From Kudoa neothunni (lineage: Eukaryota; Animalia; Cnidaria), in assembly GCA_964304625.1 (NCBI GenBank), contig OZ199840.1, forward strand, positions 2,086,532 through 2,150,531: DNA of 64,000 nt, in the 5' to 3' direction. Under the pieces are notes generated by a model that worked only from the letters and a program-made list of their open reading frames with translations, did no database searches and was not told the DNA's origin. The translations under genes and the position numbers were made by a program. This document shows, in pieces, positions 35,188 to 49,343 of the stretch. Position 1 is the first letter of the stretch. Each line of letters opens with the position of its first letter.

Positions 35188-36648
35188 ATGGAGATTCAAA
35201 CTAAAGAAAACTCCGATTATTCTATTCCAAAAAGTACCTATATTTTATTTATCATGATAATCGAATATTAGATACTCTGGCTGAACAAAGTGAGGAGGAA
35301 TATACATCTGAGGGTGATAGTGGGAGCTCCCGAAATTGGTGTAATATTATTTCAGTAATTGTGGTAGCAGTTTTGATATTGATTCTCATGAGTGTTGCAA
35401 TATACTTTTTGGTGGTTACTCCGAGAATAGCTAAAGATCTTACTAGTCTACCAACTATTGGATATTTGTTCATTGCTGACCTAAATAAATATCCCACTGA
35501 GAGAACATGTGAAGACATGGATGATGCGGATTTTAACGGCCCTTTCGACAATTTTGTCGACCTGAAAAATAAGGGTGTGCAGACATTCGCGATAATTTGC
35601 CCAGCTATGCTTACATCCAGTGGCCTGATTACTGGCATAAGAAAACCACTGTCAAGATTCCTAAGTAAGGCCAAGAAGAATTTGCCAACAATATTAAGAC
35701 GATGCCATTTATGTCATTCTATATCTATTGTAAGCATCAAACTGAAGTGGACGATGTTGCGATGAAAAAGTTTGGCGACACTATTAACGATAAACTATAC
35801 TACATATTGAAAAGATCTATCAATTTGATTTTAGAAGCAACTTATTTTGGTATAGTTTACGAATTGAAACCATTAATTAATGTGATTGACGGGCTGGTAC
35901 TATCAGTCGATATATTTGATACTGATATTAATCGAAATGATATGTCACACGATTATAGATATCCCAAGTCAATAGAGTTGATATTTATGACCAGTAATCA
36001 AACCCTAAGTCGTTCGACCTGATTGATAGATGTTTAGGAAAATTATCGTTGAATGGCAATGGAATCCAAACAGCACCTCACGGAGATACACACGATAAAA
36101 TGTTATATAACTCAGTTTGCATTTTTTGTCGAATGCTTCCGCATTCATTAATGGAGATTACATTACTCCAGAAGAATCTAGCCTATATGGAAATGAGTTC
36201 GAAGACCTTGATAACGGCGATTTATCATTTTCCATTTACATTCAAGACTATTAAGTTGAAGAGTGAAAATGATATTTGGAAAAGAATTGAGCGTGCATTC
36301 ACACTCGTAAATCGTAGAGACCTTAATAATATAGTATCTTTTGTCTTCAAAATACCCTCCGAAATTTCTTCAGATTTTACTGATCTGTTGCTTATTCAGA
36401 ATCGGGGGATTTCCGGTCCTAGCAACACTGAAACTTTTTCTTTAGAGAGCTTTTATTTTGACGCCGGATTAAAAGCTCAAGTTCTCATTAGTTTCCCTCG
36501 ATTTTATTCTCTGAAAACAAAAACCATCATAACTACAAACGACATTCAATTAATACCTGGTGGTTCAATTGTTCTCGCTCTGTACAAAAGTGATAAGGCC
36601 CAAACACTAAGTAATGTTCATGACTCATGGCCACCTAACCGATCGTAA
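35188..36648 (+). CDS. Type II membrane protein, diverged SLC3A (4F2hc/rBAT)-like GH13-fold heavy chain; two frame breaks
   Basis: ATG 35188, intron 35234-35271, acidic cytosolic tail, one TM, ADFNGPFDNFVDLKNKGVQTFAIICP (like GDLxG..LDYL..LGV..I.L.P), FLSKAKK, IDG, MLP and C-terminal IQLIPGGSIVL (like LKLEPHEGLLL). Confidence 0.55.
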
Positions 36649-36736
36649 TCGCCACGGTGTCCACAGCATAAAACCATACTACAATATATTGTATCGTTTA
36701 CCTGACTATTACATAAATCGTAGTTTTTGTGTTATC

Positions 36737-36739
<3 letters not shown>

Positions 36740-36769
<30 letters not shown>
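36740..36769 (+). repeat. (TA)n microsatellite
   Basis: Direct inspection; adjacent ctagcgcaaaagccctgtttcgc resembles a minus-strand Helitron 3' end. Confidence 0.9.
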
Positions 36770-36770
<1 letters not shown>

Positions 36771-38629
36771 TAGCGCAAAAGCCCTGTTTCGCGAAAGCTT
36801 CCTTGCCCAGCCAAGTAGGGCTTTTACGCAAGTATAATATAAAAATGAAATCTATGCGATTTTTTAATCACAAACTAGCAGTGATATCTTAAGCCTAAGT
36901 TATCTATGGATATGACTTACTTCAACAATCATTATATTGTTTTTTTCCACATCAACACTTTAAGTCACATCGACACAATATTCTTACTATTTAATATTAA
37001 TTTCTAAGAACAACAACAATCTCAAAAAAAGATGAAATACCGACAATTGTCATGGAAGACTACAATAAACTATTTCTCATTGGTACGTTAATTATTTTTG
37101 GTATCCTGTCATAAAACCAAAAATTACGAAATACGGTAAAATCGTAAGTCTAGTAATAATAGTCCAATTTTTAGAATTTAAAAAGTTTCAATTTAATCTA
37201 GCGCAAAAACGATATAATCTCTTATGTATCTAATGTGCGCGCGCCACGTTTTATTTTTAACTATTGTAGCTTAAATATTTCCACTTTCTCCCTCCCATCC
37301 TAATATGTGTATACTATATATTTTTTGAGACTATAAACAAAAGTAGAATCGTCACAAATAAAGTACATAAAAAACCTCCAAATTTTGTCGTTGCTCATGC
37401 GCTTAAAACAACTAGTTTTAACCTAACTTTCATTATACAAATGGGAAATAATTAATAGGTCACAACATTTTCGGATAATCAGGATTCGACTCTATATAAT
37501 AATATAATATTTGGAATCTTTGTTATATAGAAATCATTAATTTCTCATTTTTTTGGTACCTCATACTATTTATTTCATTCATTGGTTACTATATTTACAC
37601 TAATAACTATATTTTTTTTATTTTCATATATAGATAATAACTTTTAGAGAACAACTAGATTTAATCGAATTTATAATAATTCAGTTTATTATAGTGTGAT
37701 TGTAATCTTTAAAAAAACACAAAGCAACCTTGAACTTCGACCATTATCCGTTCTATAGGTGTGTTCGAACCCCGAATAATTTTCCCAATGCAAAATAATG
37801 AAAATTAGTTTAATCCATTGCCGAGTATGAGTATCAAATAAATTACTATTCTGGCTATTCTTAGATGTGAAAAAACATGTATACATTGTGTTTATAAAAT
37901 GTAACAAATAAATATTAAATATAATAATAAAAATGAATTGTATGATAAATATTTTTTGGTTGTCATACGATAGATTATGAGGATTCTCTTTCGATGACGT
38001 TCACACAATTTGATTGAGCGACTCTTCTTCTAGAAATTCTTTTCTTCCCGAATTTTTGTTCCAACTGTATTTGTTCTGAATACTCTTTCTATACGTGTTC
38101 GAATTCAAAAGTGTTTCTGATTCATTAATTTTCGGTCGAACTCCCAGGTTACACTTTACATTCGACTATCATTATATCACTATTAATACATGTCTTGAGA
38201 ATATTACGTTGCTTCTCAGTAAACAATCGAGACGGTATTTCACCAGGGAAATATAATTAAAGAGGTATTTTTGAATATAGATTGGGATCACGACTGTTTT
38301 TTAATTAGGGATAAATTTTATTTTATTAAAATAAAGAGCAAAATAATAATAATAATAAGCAATCATCAAACATTCAAAATTTACTATAACAGTTAAATAG
38401 TTTCGCAGTAAATTAGACTCATCACGACAGTCAAAAAATAACTCAATGATTAAAGTACACGACAATTTTTAAGATTACTCAATATTAATTTAATAGTTGA
38501 TAAAGTAATGGAAAAAAGCCAAGAAATAAATTAAAAACCTATAATGGTATAATTGTAATTCTAACTATAGTCTCTATTCACATTTCGTTAATAGGTGATG
38601 AAAGTATCATTGGGAATCAAGAAGCTTGT

Positions 38630-41600
38630 TGGGATTTTATCGTTTTCCTTTTATGTTTTCTATAGAAAATTGTACAGAGATATTGGACAACGTATTATAG
38701 GCAAATTAGATAGAAAATATAAGCTAACTGCTGAATTACTTTGCAGTGTAAGATTTTGTGGATTCCTTCAAATTTTCCGCGTCAAAACTTACATTAGATG
38801 TGGTTGCATTGATCTCTTCATTTTGGTAGATAATATTAAACAACTAGAAAAACAAGATTGTAAAAAAAAACAAATCAATGAATTATCACCGATAGGATTT
38901 TTTTGATAGTACGATTGAATAGACCCAATAATTGTGTTTTTGGTAGGTTTAGTTCATTCTCGATGATTTCCAAAGATTTATGTTGTAAACCCATGGAAAC
39001 TAATATGGCCTAAACAATCCATAGTGGTTAATTGTATGAAAGTGCGTTAAAAACCAGCTGAATCATAGAGCATTTAATTGACGAACCAAATTTTCCTTCA
39101 AAATACAATTGAGCAACTTGATAAAAATTTCAATATTAATACGATAATCAACAAATCAATTACTCTTCGGCACAAGATCCATGATGGCATGAGTGTCAGT
39201 CTGGTTATCGGAATAACTTTCCAAACGTTTAATGTCATATTTGGTGAAAAAGCAAGACAATTCTTGCTCACTAAGATTTACACCTAAGGAAATGAGAGGA
39301 GATAAAATAATTATTATAACAATTATATTTTAAAAAATAACCAAAAAGTTTTTAGAAGAACTCAGAATATTTGTTATTATTTATTGATATACTTGAAGCA
39401 AGTTTAGTCGAAGCCGGTTGCTCAATGTTCGAATTATCATTAAGTTGAGAGTGCTGAGTGGATGAGGTTTTTAAACTATTTGAATCATTCTGCCTATGCA
39501 AGATAGACAGCGCTAATGAGGAACTAAAATTATTGAAGTTGTATCCCAGCAGTTGTATGAAGCGTCGTTTAAAATCTTGAAAATAAAGATTCACAAAATC
39601 ATCATCTCTCACGTTGGTTCTATTATTAAACTGATGCAACATAATGCATGTATTTTCAGCGGTGATATCATTCTAATGACAATAATTATTGGTCGAATAA
39701 AAATTAGGTCATTATAAAACTCACTTTAGTTTGCCTAATATAAACAGGTAGAAACTGATTCTTCTTCCAGAATCTTAAAGCGAAATAAATAAGAACAATT
39801 AACAAAGCAAGACAAGAATAGCTACTTGAAAAGTTCTGGGGTCATGCCAAAAGAAACACCAATATAATTTAAGGAAAATTCATTTGTTGGAGCCTCATCC
39901 AGCTTGACAAATAATGCGCTGCAAGATTTTGAGGATTTCAGCGTTTCAACGACAGCCTCTTCATCAGTCAGATTTGATGATGAGTTGTTATCCTTGTTTT
40001 CGTTAGAATGCGAAGAAACGTTTTGGAAATGGCTTAACAACGTTTTTAGAGCATGTGTTCCGTATCCAAGCTTAAAATATTTTATATTGAAAAAAATAAA
40101 AGTTCCAATCAATTACATTGACATAACTGGGATGTGTCGCAATCCGAACAATTCTAGCCCCCGTTAACTCACCAAAACTGTTGTCACAAAACTATACAAA
40201 TAAATTATAAATTAAGAGGAAATACTTGACCAACTAACTACTATACCTGCTGAGAAATAACCCAAGGTATCAAATCACCATGCAGGCGTTTGCCTTGCGA
40301 TATAGCTTTGTTCATCGATGACTCGGGAATTTTACCCTCAAAACACACTTGAATCACACATAAAATAGTAGGCAATTCTTCGGATTTAACGCAGTTATCA
40401 ATAGGAGGAATCAAACAGAAGAGATGATGCGCTGGAGCGTCTGCCAAAAGTTGGAGATCATTTGGTGTGTTTTTGTAATGTGCTGACACATAAACTGAAA
40501 CCAAGTCTGAGAGAATTCGTTCCGACAACTTGTGATAGGAGAAAAGAGTATCTCTGTTTATATAATATCTGTGTGATAACAAGAATTAATTTTGGTTAAA
40601 ATTGACAAATTTATCGATATTCTTATAGTTATTTGTTGATAAAAAATGAAATGATAGAAATAAATGTCCTAATTTCATCGTTATTCAAAAACTCAAAGTA
40701 TTAATTATTGAATAATTAAAAAATTTCTTTATAAAGAATAGAAAATTAACTACGATAATTTTAGTTGAATTTTTAATGTCAAATTCGCATAATGTATAAA
40801 CAACTATCGTGATCGAAGAGATTTAGTTTAATGAGATTTAATGGCGTTTAAAGATAAAAAATTTGAGAATAAAATTATTTCAATAAATAAAAAAAGACTT
40901 TTTTCATTTTATATTTTATGCTGTAACATAAATTTAAATAAATAAGTAAATCACATTAAGATTATATTTTCTGATTGATTGCACATAAAGAAAGTTTATA
41001 ATAATCTTAGATATTTCAGATAGGTCAAAAATTAAATAGGATATTTTTAAAAATAATATATACAACGAAAAATAATTATTAGAATTCATATTTTAAGAAA
41101 ATTTCGATATATATATTTATATTCGCATTTCTCCAGAATGTACATCAAAACCTTTAATAACTAAAATAAATAAAAAAATATTTTACGTAGATTACGATCA
41201 TTATTAAAGAAAAATAGAATAACTTGAAGAAATAGGCGTAAAAATACTTACAGCTGGCATTTTTCCGGCGTATAACATCCCAAAGACGAAGTAGACACAG
41301 TCTTATCTCCAAACGCGGTATCGTCAAGGCATAATAACTTATTTAACCAACTTTCTACTGGACAACAATTCGCATATCGAACAGATTCGTCAAGTTTGAG
41401 TTCAGTTAAATTTGCAGAAGGTTGCTCCCTTAGTTGTTTCAACAATTTCAGCGACAACGAACGCCCAGTTCCCTCATAGCCATGTGTGGTTGACGCCATA
41501 TAAATGCTAGCATTGTTATCAAGTATTCGTTTAACAGTATTCAAAGGGATAGCAGCAGCTTCATCGACAACCACCACATCGGCAATACTCAACATCTGTT

Positions 41601-44600
41601 GACTATTCGGTTCCATATACTATTAGATCATCGAAATTATACGCGAAAAAAAATTTAATTAGATTCGATTCGATTACCTGGACACATTGTCGATGTTCTC
41701 TCAAGATATTAATACGAGATATAAGGCTCAAATTATTGGTTGTAGTGGTGGAGATACATTCGTAATCGGTGTGTTCCTGAAAAACAATTCATGTTGAAAA
41801 TAATAAACAAACTGTTGCTGATAAAATTTGATACTTGAAAATCAAGAAGTTTAAAACCCTTAATAACAAACTCAAAAAGGGTCTGAACATTTTCCAAATC
41901 TGGAGAAGTGATGTATATGTTGGACGCTCTAAAAAAAGTAAGTGTTATTAATTAAAAAAGCACAATCACTCTCACCCATATGATACAGCTGCAGCCACCG
42001 CCAACCCCAAACATGCTGATTTACCGCGCCCTCTGCCGGCAGTAAGTGATATAATTTGTCGCGAATTAATTTTTGGAAGCGATTCCACGAATGCGAGCAA
42101 CGCTTTTGCTTGATCTAATGTTTTGCACGCGTTTACCAACATTCCGAATGGAACCACATCCATAAATGATTGTTTTATTCCGGTTAATTCACTTTCATTA
42201 TCTATTGCTTGTTGTTTGTTTTTCTAAATTAATATCCCAATATTAATTATAATAATGTTGATGTTATCGTTATAGCGAAATAATAAACAACTAAATAAAA
42301 CATGTGATAGATATCAACAATTTTCATTCGCTGCTAGCCTTTAAAAAATAATTTCCACAAATATCCTTCCCAAGTGCTAAAGTTTTTCAACAACAAAAAT
42401 TTTTATTTTTTGTAACTTAAATACATAAAAAGGATCCGGATGTTAACATTTAAATCAAACGTGTAGATTACATTTTCAATTTTTAAATAAAGTCGCCAAC
42501 CTATTTTTCACACTTTTTGTAAAGTTACTTAATTATAATTGTAAATATTCCTATTTCTTATACAGTAAGGCCCTCGCAATATCGACGTCTTGTGCGCACA
42601 CACACACAAACCTAATATTAAAAAAATTCGAAATAGCTATTTTAGTTTTATTGTTTTGCATTCTAAACACTTCATATGAACGACCCCTAACAGGATACAG
42701 AGAGAGCATGGCTGAAGGTCTTTATAACTGTGTTTATTGACACTTGGTTGTTTCGTTGAAATTTTTCTTGTTTTTGAAATCAATGTGGCAGTCCTAATTA
42801 CAACCCCAATTTCTTAAGTTTCTTATGCCATAGCTCTCAGATTAATTATTATGAATATTTTCAGCCTCTTCCATATTATCAACATCATGTAAAATAATCG
42901 AAACAACTCCAGTACTGTGAATAATTACATACTTTTCATAATTAGAACCAATTAATTATTTATTATTATAAATACTAAATATTTTTAATCGAACAAAACC
43001 ACCCATTACTAAAATAAAATTTTGTGATTTTAATCATGTTTGCTCAAGAACAGACTTCTCTTTAATTTCATTTTTCAACACTTTTTTCGCTACCCTACTA
43101 ACAATCCAATTACACAACTCACTCTCAATCTGGGTGTATTTTCCATGAGAAATTCGTATTCAGTCATTCGAAATGTTTGCAAAAACCAAATAACTTTTTT
43201 TAATAGAATCACAGAGAGAAGGGAATGACCTATTCTCATTTCTCGACAGCTAAAATCTAAAATCTAGTCAATAAGTCAATATTTGGTAGGTTAAAATGCT
43301 TCAATATCATCATACTGGCACCCGGTATCGTCTTAATCTGGTCGTAATATTGAATTTATGGACGTTTTATTCGTTGATTCTCTGAGATATTCCTAACATT
43401 ATTTGTTAATTGGCAAAATATAGGATTAATCAGATTATTTCATCAAAAAAGCCACCAATCTCCATAATTTTGAATTTTATTGAATAAAAAATTAAATATA
43501 GTGTTTTCCGACTTTCTGGCAGCTAATTGATGTTATTTGTTGAATTATTGATGTTGACAAATACTGAAAAATCACTAATTACGATATATCGGGACCTTAC
43601 TGCATAAACAAATATATTCAACTTTAAGGTGATTATAAAAACCCTCATATACACCCAACAAAATCACGTCCCCATGCTGGGGGTCATTTTGACCTCCAGC
43701 TTTTCTGAGAACACTCTTAGTTTCTTTTACAAATGGCTATCAGATATAATAAAGGTGTATTTATTGTTATAGAAGACTTTAAAATGTTTTGATCAATGCA
43801 AAATAAAATATAGTTATGGCCAATTATAGTCGTAAACGTGGCACAATGGATTCTGAATAAGATCCCCATTTTGAAGAAACTAATTTTGAATTTAGTAATC
43901 GAATAATTGAGAACCCAGCATCGGATTACCATTATTCCTATAATGGAATTGATCTATTCCAGCGAAAAAATTTACGTGGTAACATTTAAGGAGGGAGAAA
44001 ATGGCCTGAATAATCAAAACGCATTCGAACATTTTAAAACAGAAAATCTCCTTCAAAAATAATGCATTAAATAATTGCGATACTTCACTTATAGTGTTCT
44101 CGAATTTTCTGGAATATGAAATTTCAGATTTTATTGTTGAATATATAAATAAATTCATAAAGAATGAGTTGCCGTAGCAAAGTTCAATTACAAAAGATGA
44201 CTGAATGATGTACATTGGTTGTTATTCACTTATAAGAATAATGAAAGGGAAAATATGGATATGCACTATTACATATATTTATAATCTCGGGTTGAGCGAA
44301 TTTATAGGTACATGCACAATTTTTAAAATACATTACCAGACAAGGTGGTAGTCTTCGAATGTGAGCTAAATGTCGACACATCTTATGGTACAACCGTGTA
44401 CCATAAATTATTGCTAAAATCAATCTTATCATGAAAGTCTTGATAATCTGGTTTCGATAGGGAATTCAAAATATTCCTTCATCACACAAATTATGTATTA
44501 TTTAAAATAGTTGTTTAAAAAATTTTCTATTTCCAAAAGAAGCAAATTTTTCGTGTATTCCAATTTACAGTATTACAATATTACAGTCTACGCCATGTGT

Positions 44601-46277
44601 TTAGATAAGAGAGTAATTTCCTCATATTTTTTAAGTATACTTTAATAACATTAGTTTTTCCATCAAGACAAACGCTCGTTTTTAAAATATAACATCAATT
44701 ACATAAATACTATTCGGGGTTATTGAAAAAATGATAGAGGACAAAATGACCCCCACCCACCGTGCATATGAAGGTTAAATAATTGGCGCAAAATATATAG
44801 TTGAAACCAGGTGATTTGTCATTTTGCACACTTTTTCGAAAAATCATTTAATCAATGTATCATTGTTCCCAAAACATTAGAAATATGATCACAAAAAATT
44901 AAAAATATAATAACATAAGAAGAATATTAAATTCGAAAATAATCTGAAAATTTTCCATTGAAAAACTCCAAGGTTGCTACTTTGAAACATTTTAACCTAT
45001 CAAATACAGCAACTCTACAAGGTTTCTCCCAAAAAGAATTAAATTATATCGCTAGCTTAATAAAGTTTAGATCGTTTTCGAATTGGAAATCTCAATATAC
45101 GATATATTGAGTCAAAATATGACAATCCAAAACAATTGATTTTTTTAAAAATTAAAATTAAGTATCATTTGGTATCTTTTCTGCTGTAGAATTTTTATTC
45201 ATTTATATTGTTTAAAAAAAATAAAAAATTATTATGCACTCGCGCGGAATTTGCAAATTTGGTTGAAAATCTATTGCCCCTTGTATAATAAAACTTATAT
45301 GACCCTTATGTTGGTTAAATTGCATTATTATCTTATCTTACCGTAGAGTTAATGCTAGTTGAAGAGGAAGTTGAGGAAATGTGTGGATCACTTAGTGGTA
45401 ATACTTTAAGTTGATCATCCAACACAAGACAATTTCCACATTCGGAAAGAGATAGAAATAGCCTAAAAATGTATTCTAGCTTAGTGGGAAGAGTTGGTAA
45501 TTAATTTTCGAAATTACCGCTCATTAAACCTCGGAGTTATGTTGGCATGGGATTCGGTCCGGTACCTTTTGTGGACATCCTTTCATTATTGTCAATCAAC
45601 TCAAAATATTCCATAGACATAAAATCAGTATTACCATAGTCAATGTGTATATTTGTTTGAGGTTATCCACATTGTTCAACAACACACAGACGCAACCACC
45701 TCCTTCTACGGTTTCGATTGTTCTCGCCAAAATATTTGGGGTCAAGGCTTCAAAATCCTGAAAAACAACAAAATAAAAAGACTAGATTAACACATATTTA
45801 TATACTTGTAGTACAGCCATTCCAAATGTATTTCCAAGGATTTTGTGAGTTTCTTTGTAGTAGGTGAAACGAATTTTGGTTGACATCACAAACACATCAA
45901 AATGATTCTCTTCATTGATATTTTTGATACCACTGTTTAGTTGTTTCTTTAACTTTTTCATTTTTTTTCATTCGATGGCTAGGTTAATCAATCAACAAAT
46001 ATTCACATCATCATATGGATCCGAAACTTACCAACTAAACCCCAACTCATGTTTATAACACCAAAGTACAGAAGGTCTGGCTTTTATCTGTGCTTTCGAA
46101 AGCATATGATGCAATGTAACCACCTACATGAAATTTTATTGCTTTGTGGTTGGTTTTGATTTTCCTAACCTGATCACGAGCTTTTTCGCCAATAAGAAAG
46201 AAAATGCATCTTTGGTTGAACTTCACTGCATCTTCTATTGTGGACATAATCCGCATATCAAGTTTCTTTAGTACCAT
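38630..46277 (-). CDS. NAT10: RNA cytidine acetyltransferase NAT10/KRE33, multi-exon; 3' end approximate
   Basis: MVLKKLDMRI...GEKARDQ, TAGRGRGKSACLG, VVDEAAAIPL, GYEGTGRSLSLKL, SAHYKNTPNDLQLLADAPAH, GARIVRIATHP, GLQHKSLEIIENELNLP. Confidence 0.95.
43642..44774. mobile_element. Degenerate piggyBac-like element inside a NAT10 intron
   Basis: CCCTCATATACAC / GTGCATATGAAGG|TTAA TIRs; GGGGTCATTTTGACC and GGACAAAATGACCCC subterminal motifs. Confidence 0.65.
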
Positions 46278-46430
46278 AGCGCGTCGTTCAATGTGGCCTT
46301 AAAATAACGACTGCGCAATGTCGGTCCACATGCGCGCTTAGAAGTGATAACTTTTTGATAAGTATTCAATGAGAAAAATAAACATTATTATATAATTTAT
46401 TTATTGATGACTTTGAATAGACTGTATTAA

Positions 46431-48483
46431 CCCTCGTACACACATTGGGGGTCAAAGTGGACCCAGCCTCTTTTATCAACGATTTTCCTAGAATCTCTCT
46501 CGCAGAATTTTAAGTAATTGTTCCTAATTTATGTTATTATTTTATTAATTTAAAATATTTATTGAAATAAAAATAAAATGAATTTTAAACGCTATTAAAT
46601 CATTGAAACATTTAAACTTCCGTTCCACACCTTTTATTGGAAAATCTATGATAACTACTCTGTTATTGATATGCATAATACCAAATACAACTATTAAATA
46701 TTCATTTAATTTTATGAATTAGTAAAATAATTTTGAAGAAAAGGTAAATCTATGAGTTTTTAATACGTCACGTGATCATATGGATTCAAAATCAGCTGAA
46801 TTTTGGTCTGTTTTAGTGATGACAAGAGATGAACATGAAATTCTATTGGATTACACTGATTCTGAGTTTATTGACTATTTAATGGACAATCCTACATCCG
46901 ATTATGATGATTCGGATGATGAAAAAGAATTTAGCACTGAGTTGATTGCCATGTTGACTTCAAAAGATGGAGAAAGATGGTCTAAACAATCAACAAGAAA
47001 TCAACGAAGAACTGACGCGGAAAATATTTTTAAGTGCCAACCAGTTTTCAAAACACATGTGCTAAAACGATCGGATACCCCACTCATGGCATATTTAAAC
47101 ATTTTTGACAATGAAAATCCCTGTTTTGATTGTTGAATGCACCAATCATTGTATAAAAAACCATCGAACGAAATTAACTTTGATTATAAAAGATGATCTA
47201 ATGAAATATATTGGTGGCAGCATAATGATTGGTTTGAAGGAAGGGTATAAATATGGATATTCGTGAATTCTGGTCAACCTACAATAAATCGGTCAATCTC
47301 CATTAATTTATTTGAAAAAATATCTTTGTGTATGCGGTTTGATAAAAGAGAATCCAGAATACAATATGACAAATTGACTCCCATAAGAGAAGTTTTTTGA
47401 ATACTTTATTGGAAATTATCCAACAATTTATACACTAAATGAACAAATAACCGTTGATGAGCAACTAGTGACATTTAGAGGGAGATGTGGTTTCAAAATG
47501 TACATTCCAAATAAACCTATCCTGGACGGTATGGTATGGTATGGTGTTAAAATCTGGGCTTTGTGAGACCAAAGGAATGCCTACCTATTCAATGCAAAGG
47601 TATATCTTGGAAATGAAAATAGCAAAGTACAGTTTAATCACGGGAAAAATGTTGTTAAAACATGATGTGAACACCGATTTTTAAATCTTGTCGAACTATC
47701 ACAACAGATCATTTTTTCACTACTCTTTCCCTCTCAAGGTTTCTACTTGGCCAAAAATTGACAATTGTGGGAACTATTCGAGAAAATAAAAAATTTTTAA
47801 TACCAGAATTTCAAATGACGAAAGTAAATGAAGATAATAGTCCGTTCTTGTTCCAAAATAATGTCACATTCGTCAAATACAACCCTAAGAAAAACAGATA
47901 GGTTGTCTTGTTGTCAACACTCCACAGAGATGCGAATATTGATGAAGAAAACCAAAAACCAGAAATTATATCTTACTATAATTCTACAAAAGGTGGTGTT
48001 GATGCTCTTGATCAAGCAGTAAGATATTTTTCGGTAAAAAGAAAAACACGAAGGTGGCCAATGGCTCTTTTCTATAATCTGTTAGACATCGCTGCATGTA
48101 ATGCCTACTTATTGTATTGCCAAAAGTATCCCGCATCCTTGAATAAATATAGAAAGCGATCCAGAAGAGAATTTCTAAAATTACTATATATCATCTAAAA
48201 GTCCCGAAATTGGCATTCTATCTTTAAAAAGGCCTAAAATCTTATGAAACAATGTTAGAGAGTGGTGCCAAATCTATATTCGTTCGAGGAGATTGAGAAC
48301 GTCAGCGCATTGCAAATAATGCAATAAAATGGCCTGCAAACTCCATAATAAAGAAGAAATAATTTGCATTGAATATTTAAACTCAAACAATATCAATTAA
48401 AATTTTTGGGATTTTAAAAACGTTTTCATGCGTTTATTTTTTAGTGGGGGTCAACGTAAGTTTTTTGGTCATATGTACGAAGG
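46431..48483 (+). mobile_element. piggyBac element with pseudogenised transposase
   Basis: TTAA|CCCTCGTACAC ... ATGTACGAAGG|TTAA; ITVDEQL, YNSTKGGVDALDQ...RRWPMALF. Confidence 0.92.
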
Positions 48484-48764
48484 TTAATGTTGACAGTTTT
48501 AGATTTAATCGCTTGAATGTAGCATCGATCATTTTTAAATTATTTTGTGCATATAAAATCACCAAACTGTGAAAAATATACCAGATGTATCAAATAACAG
48601 AATTGAATTAAATCTCTAACAATTTATTGAGAATTGAGGGGATTAACAATCCAAGTTGTAAATGTAAGCATTTTGTTTTTATCTAACTGTATTACAAAGT
48701 GCCAACTTTGTCTAAAAATGGTGTTTGATTTTCTAAGTATTATACTACCTCCATTTAATAAGTA

Positions 48765-49255
48765 TTAGCGGGAATTTCCCAGCGTTGCTTGTGGAAGATA
48801 TCGCATAGATACGTTTCTTATTAATATTTAAAAATATATTGAAGTTTCATATTTACCCATAAATGCGAAATAACTAAAACTTTTTAAGTGACATACTTTC
48901 AATGATTTGGATTAGTGATATTTAAATTATGATCATTTCTGTGAAGGAAAGTATTAGTCCTGACGTTCATTTGAAAATTTCCTGGCCCGGTACCAACGCT
49001 AAATAATTTATTGTCAGTTTCGTATTTTTTTGCATTCCCGAATTATTTATAGTACATTAAAGTGTTATCTAAAACGTTATTTTTTTCTCCGGAGGATTTT
49101 TAAAAGTCGAATTCTGGTCCGGCTCGGTAACTGTGTGTACCACAAACTTGTTAAGAGATACAACAATAGAAAACGTATGAAATTAATTGATATTGCTAAA
49201 ATTAGCATTGCTTGCTTGGGCCGCCGGCTTAAACATTAGTGCATTTTCCACAAAC
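48765..49255 (-). mobile_element. Helitron-like family, copy C
   Basis: Minus-strand end ccacaagcaacgctgggaaattcccgCTAA|T; body similar to copies A and B. Confidence 0.6.
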
Positions 49256-49343
49256 AGACAGCTAAAAATCGCTCCAATATCAACATAAATATAATTTTTA
49301 GAATTAGATGAAGTAAGAGTACAATCATCTGCATTGAATTTAA

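Noticed and set aside
43717-44432. Minus-strand ORFs as a gene nested in the NAT10 intron
   Set aside because: They lie within piggyBac TIRs and have no recognisable motifs.
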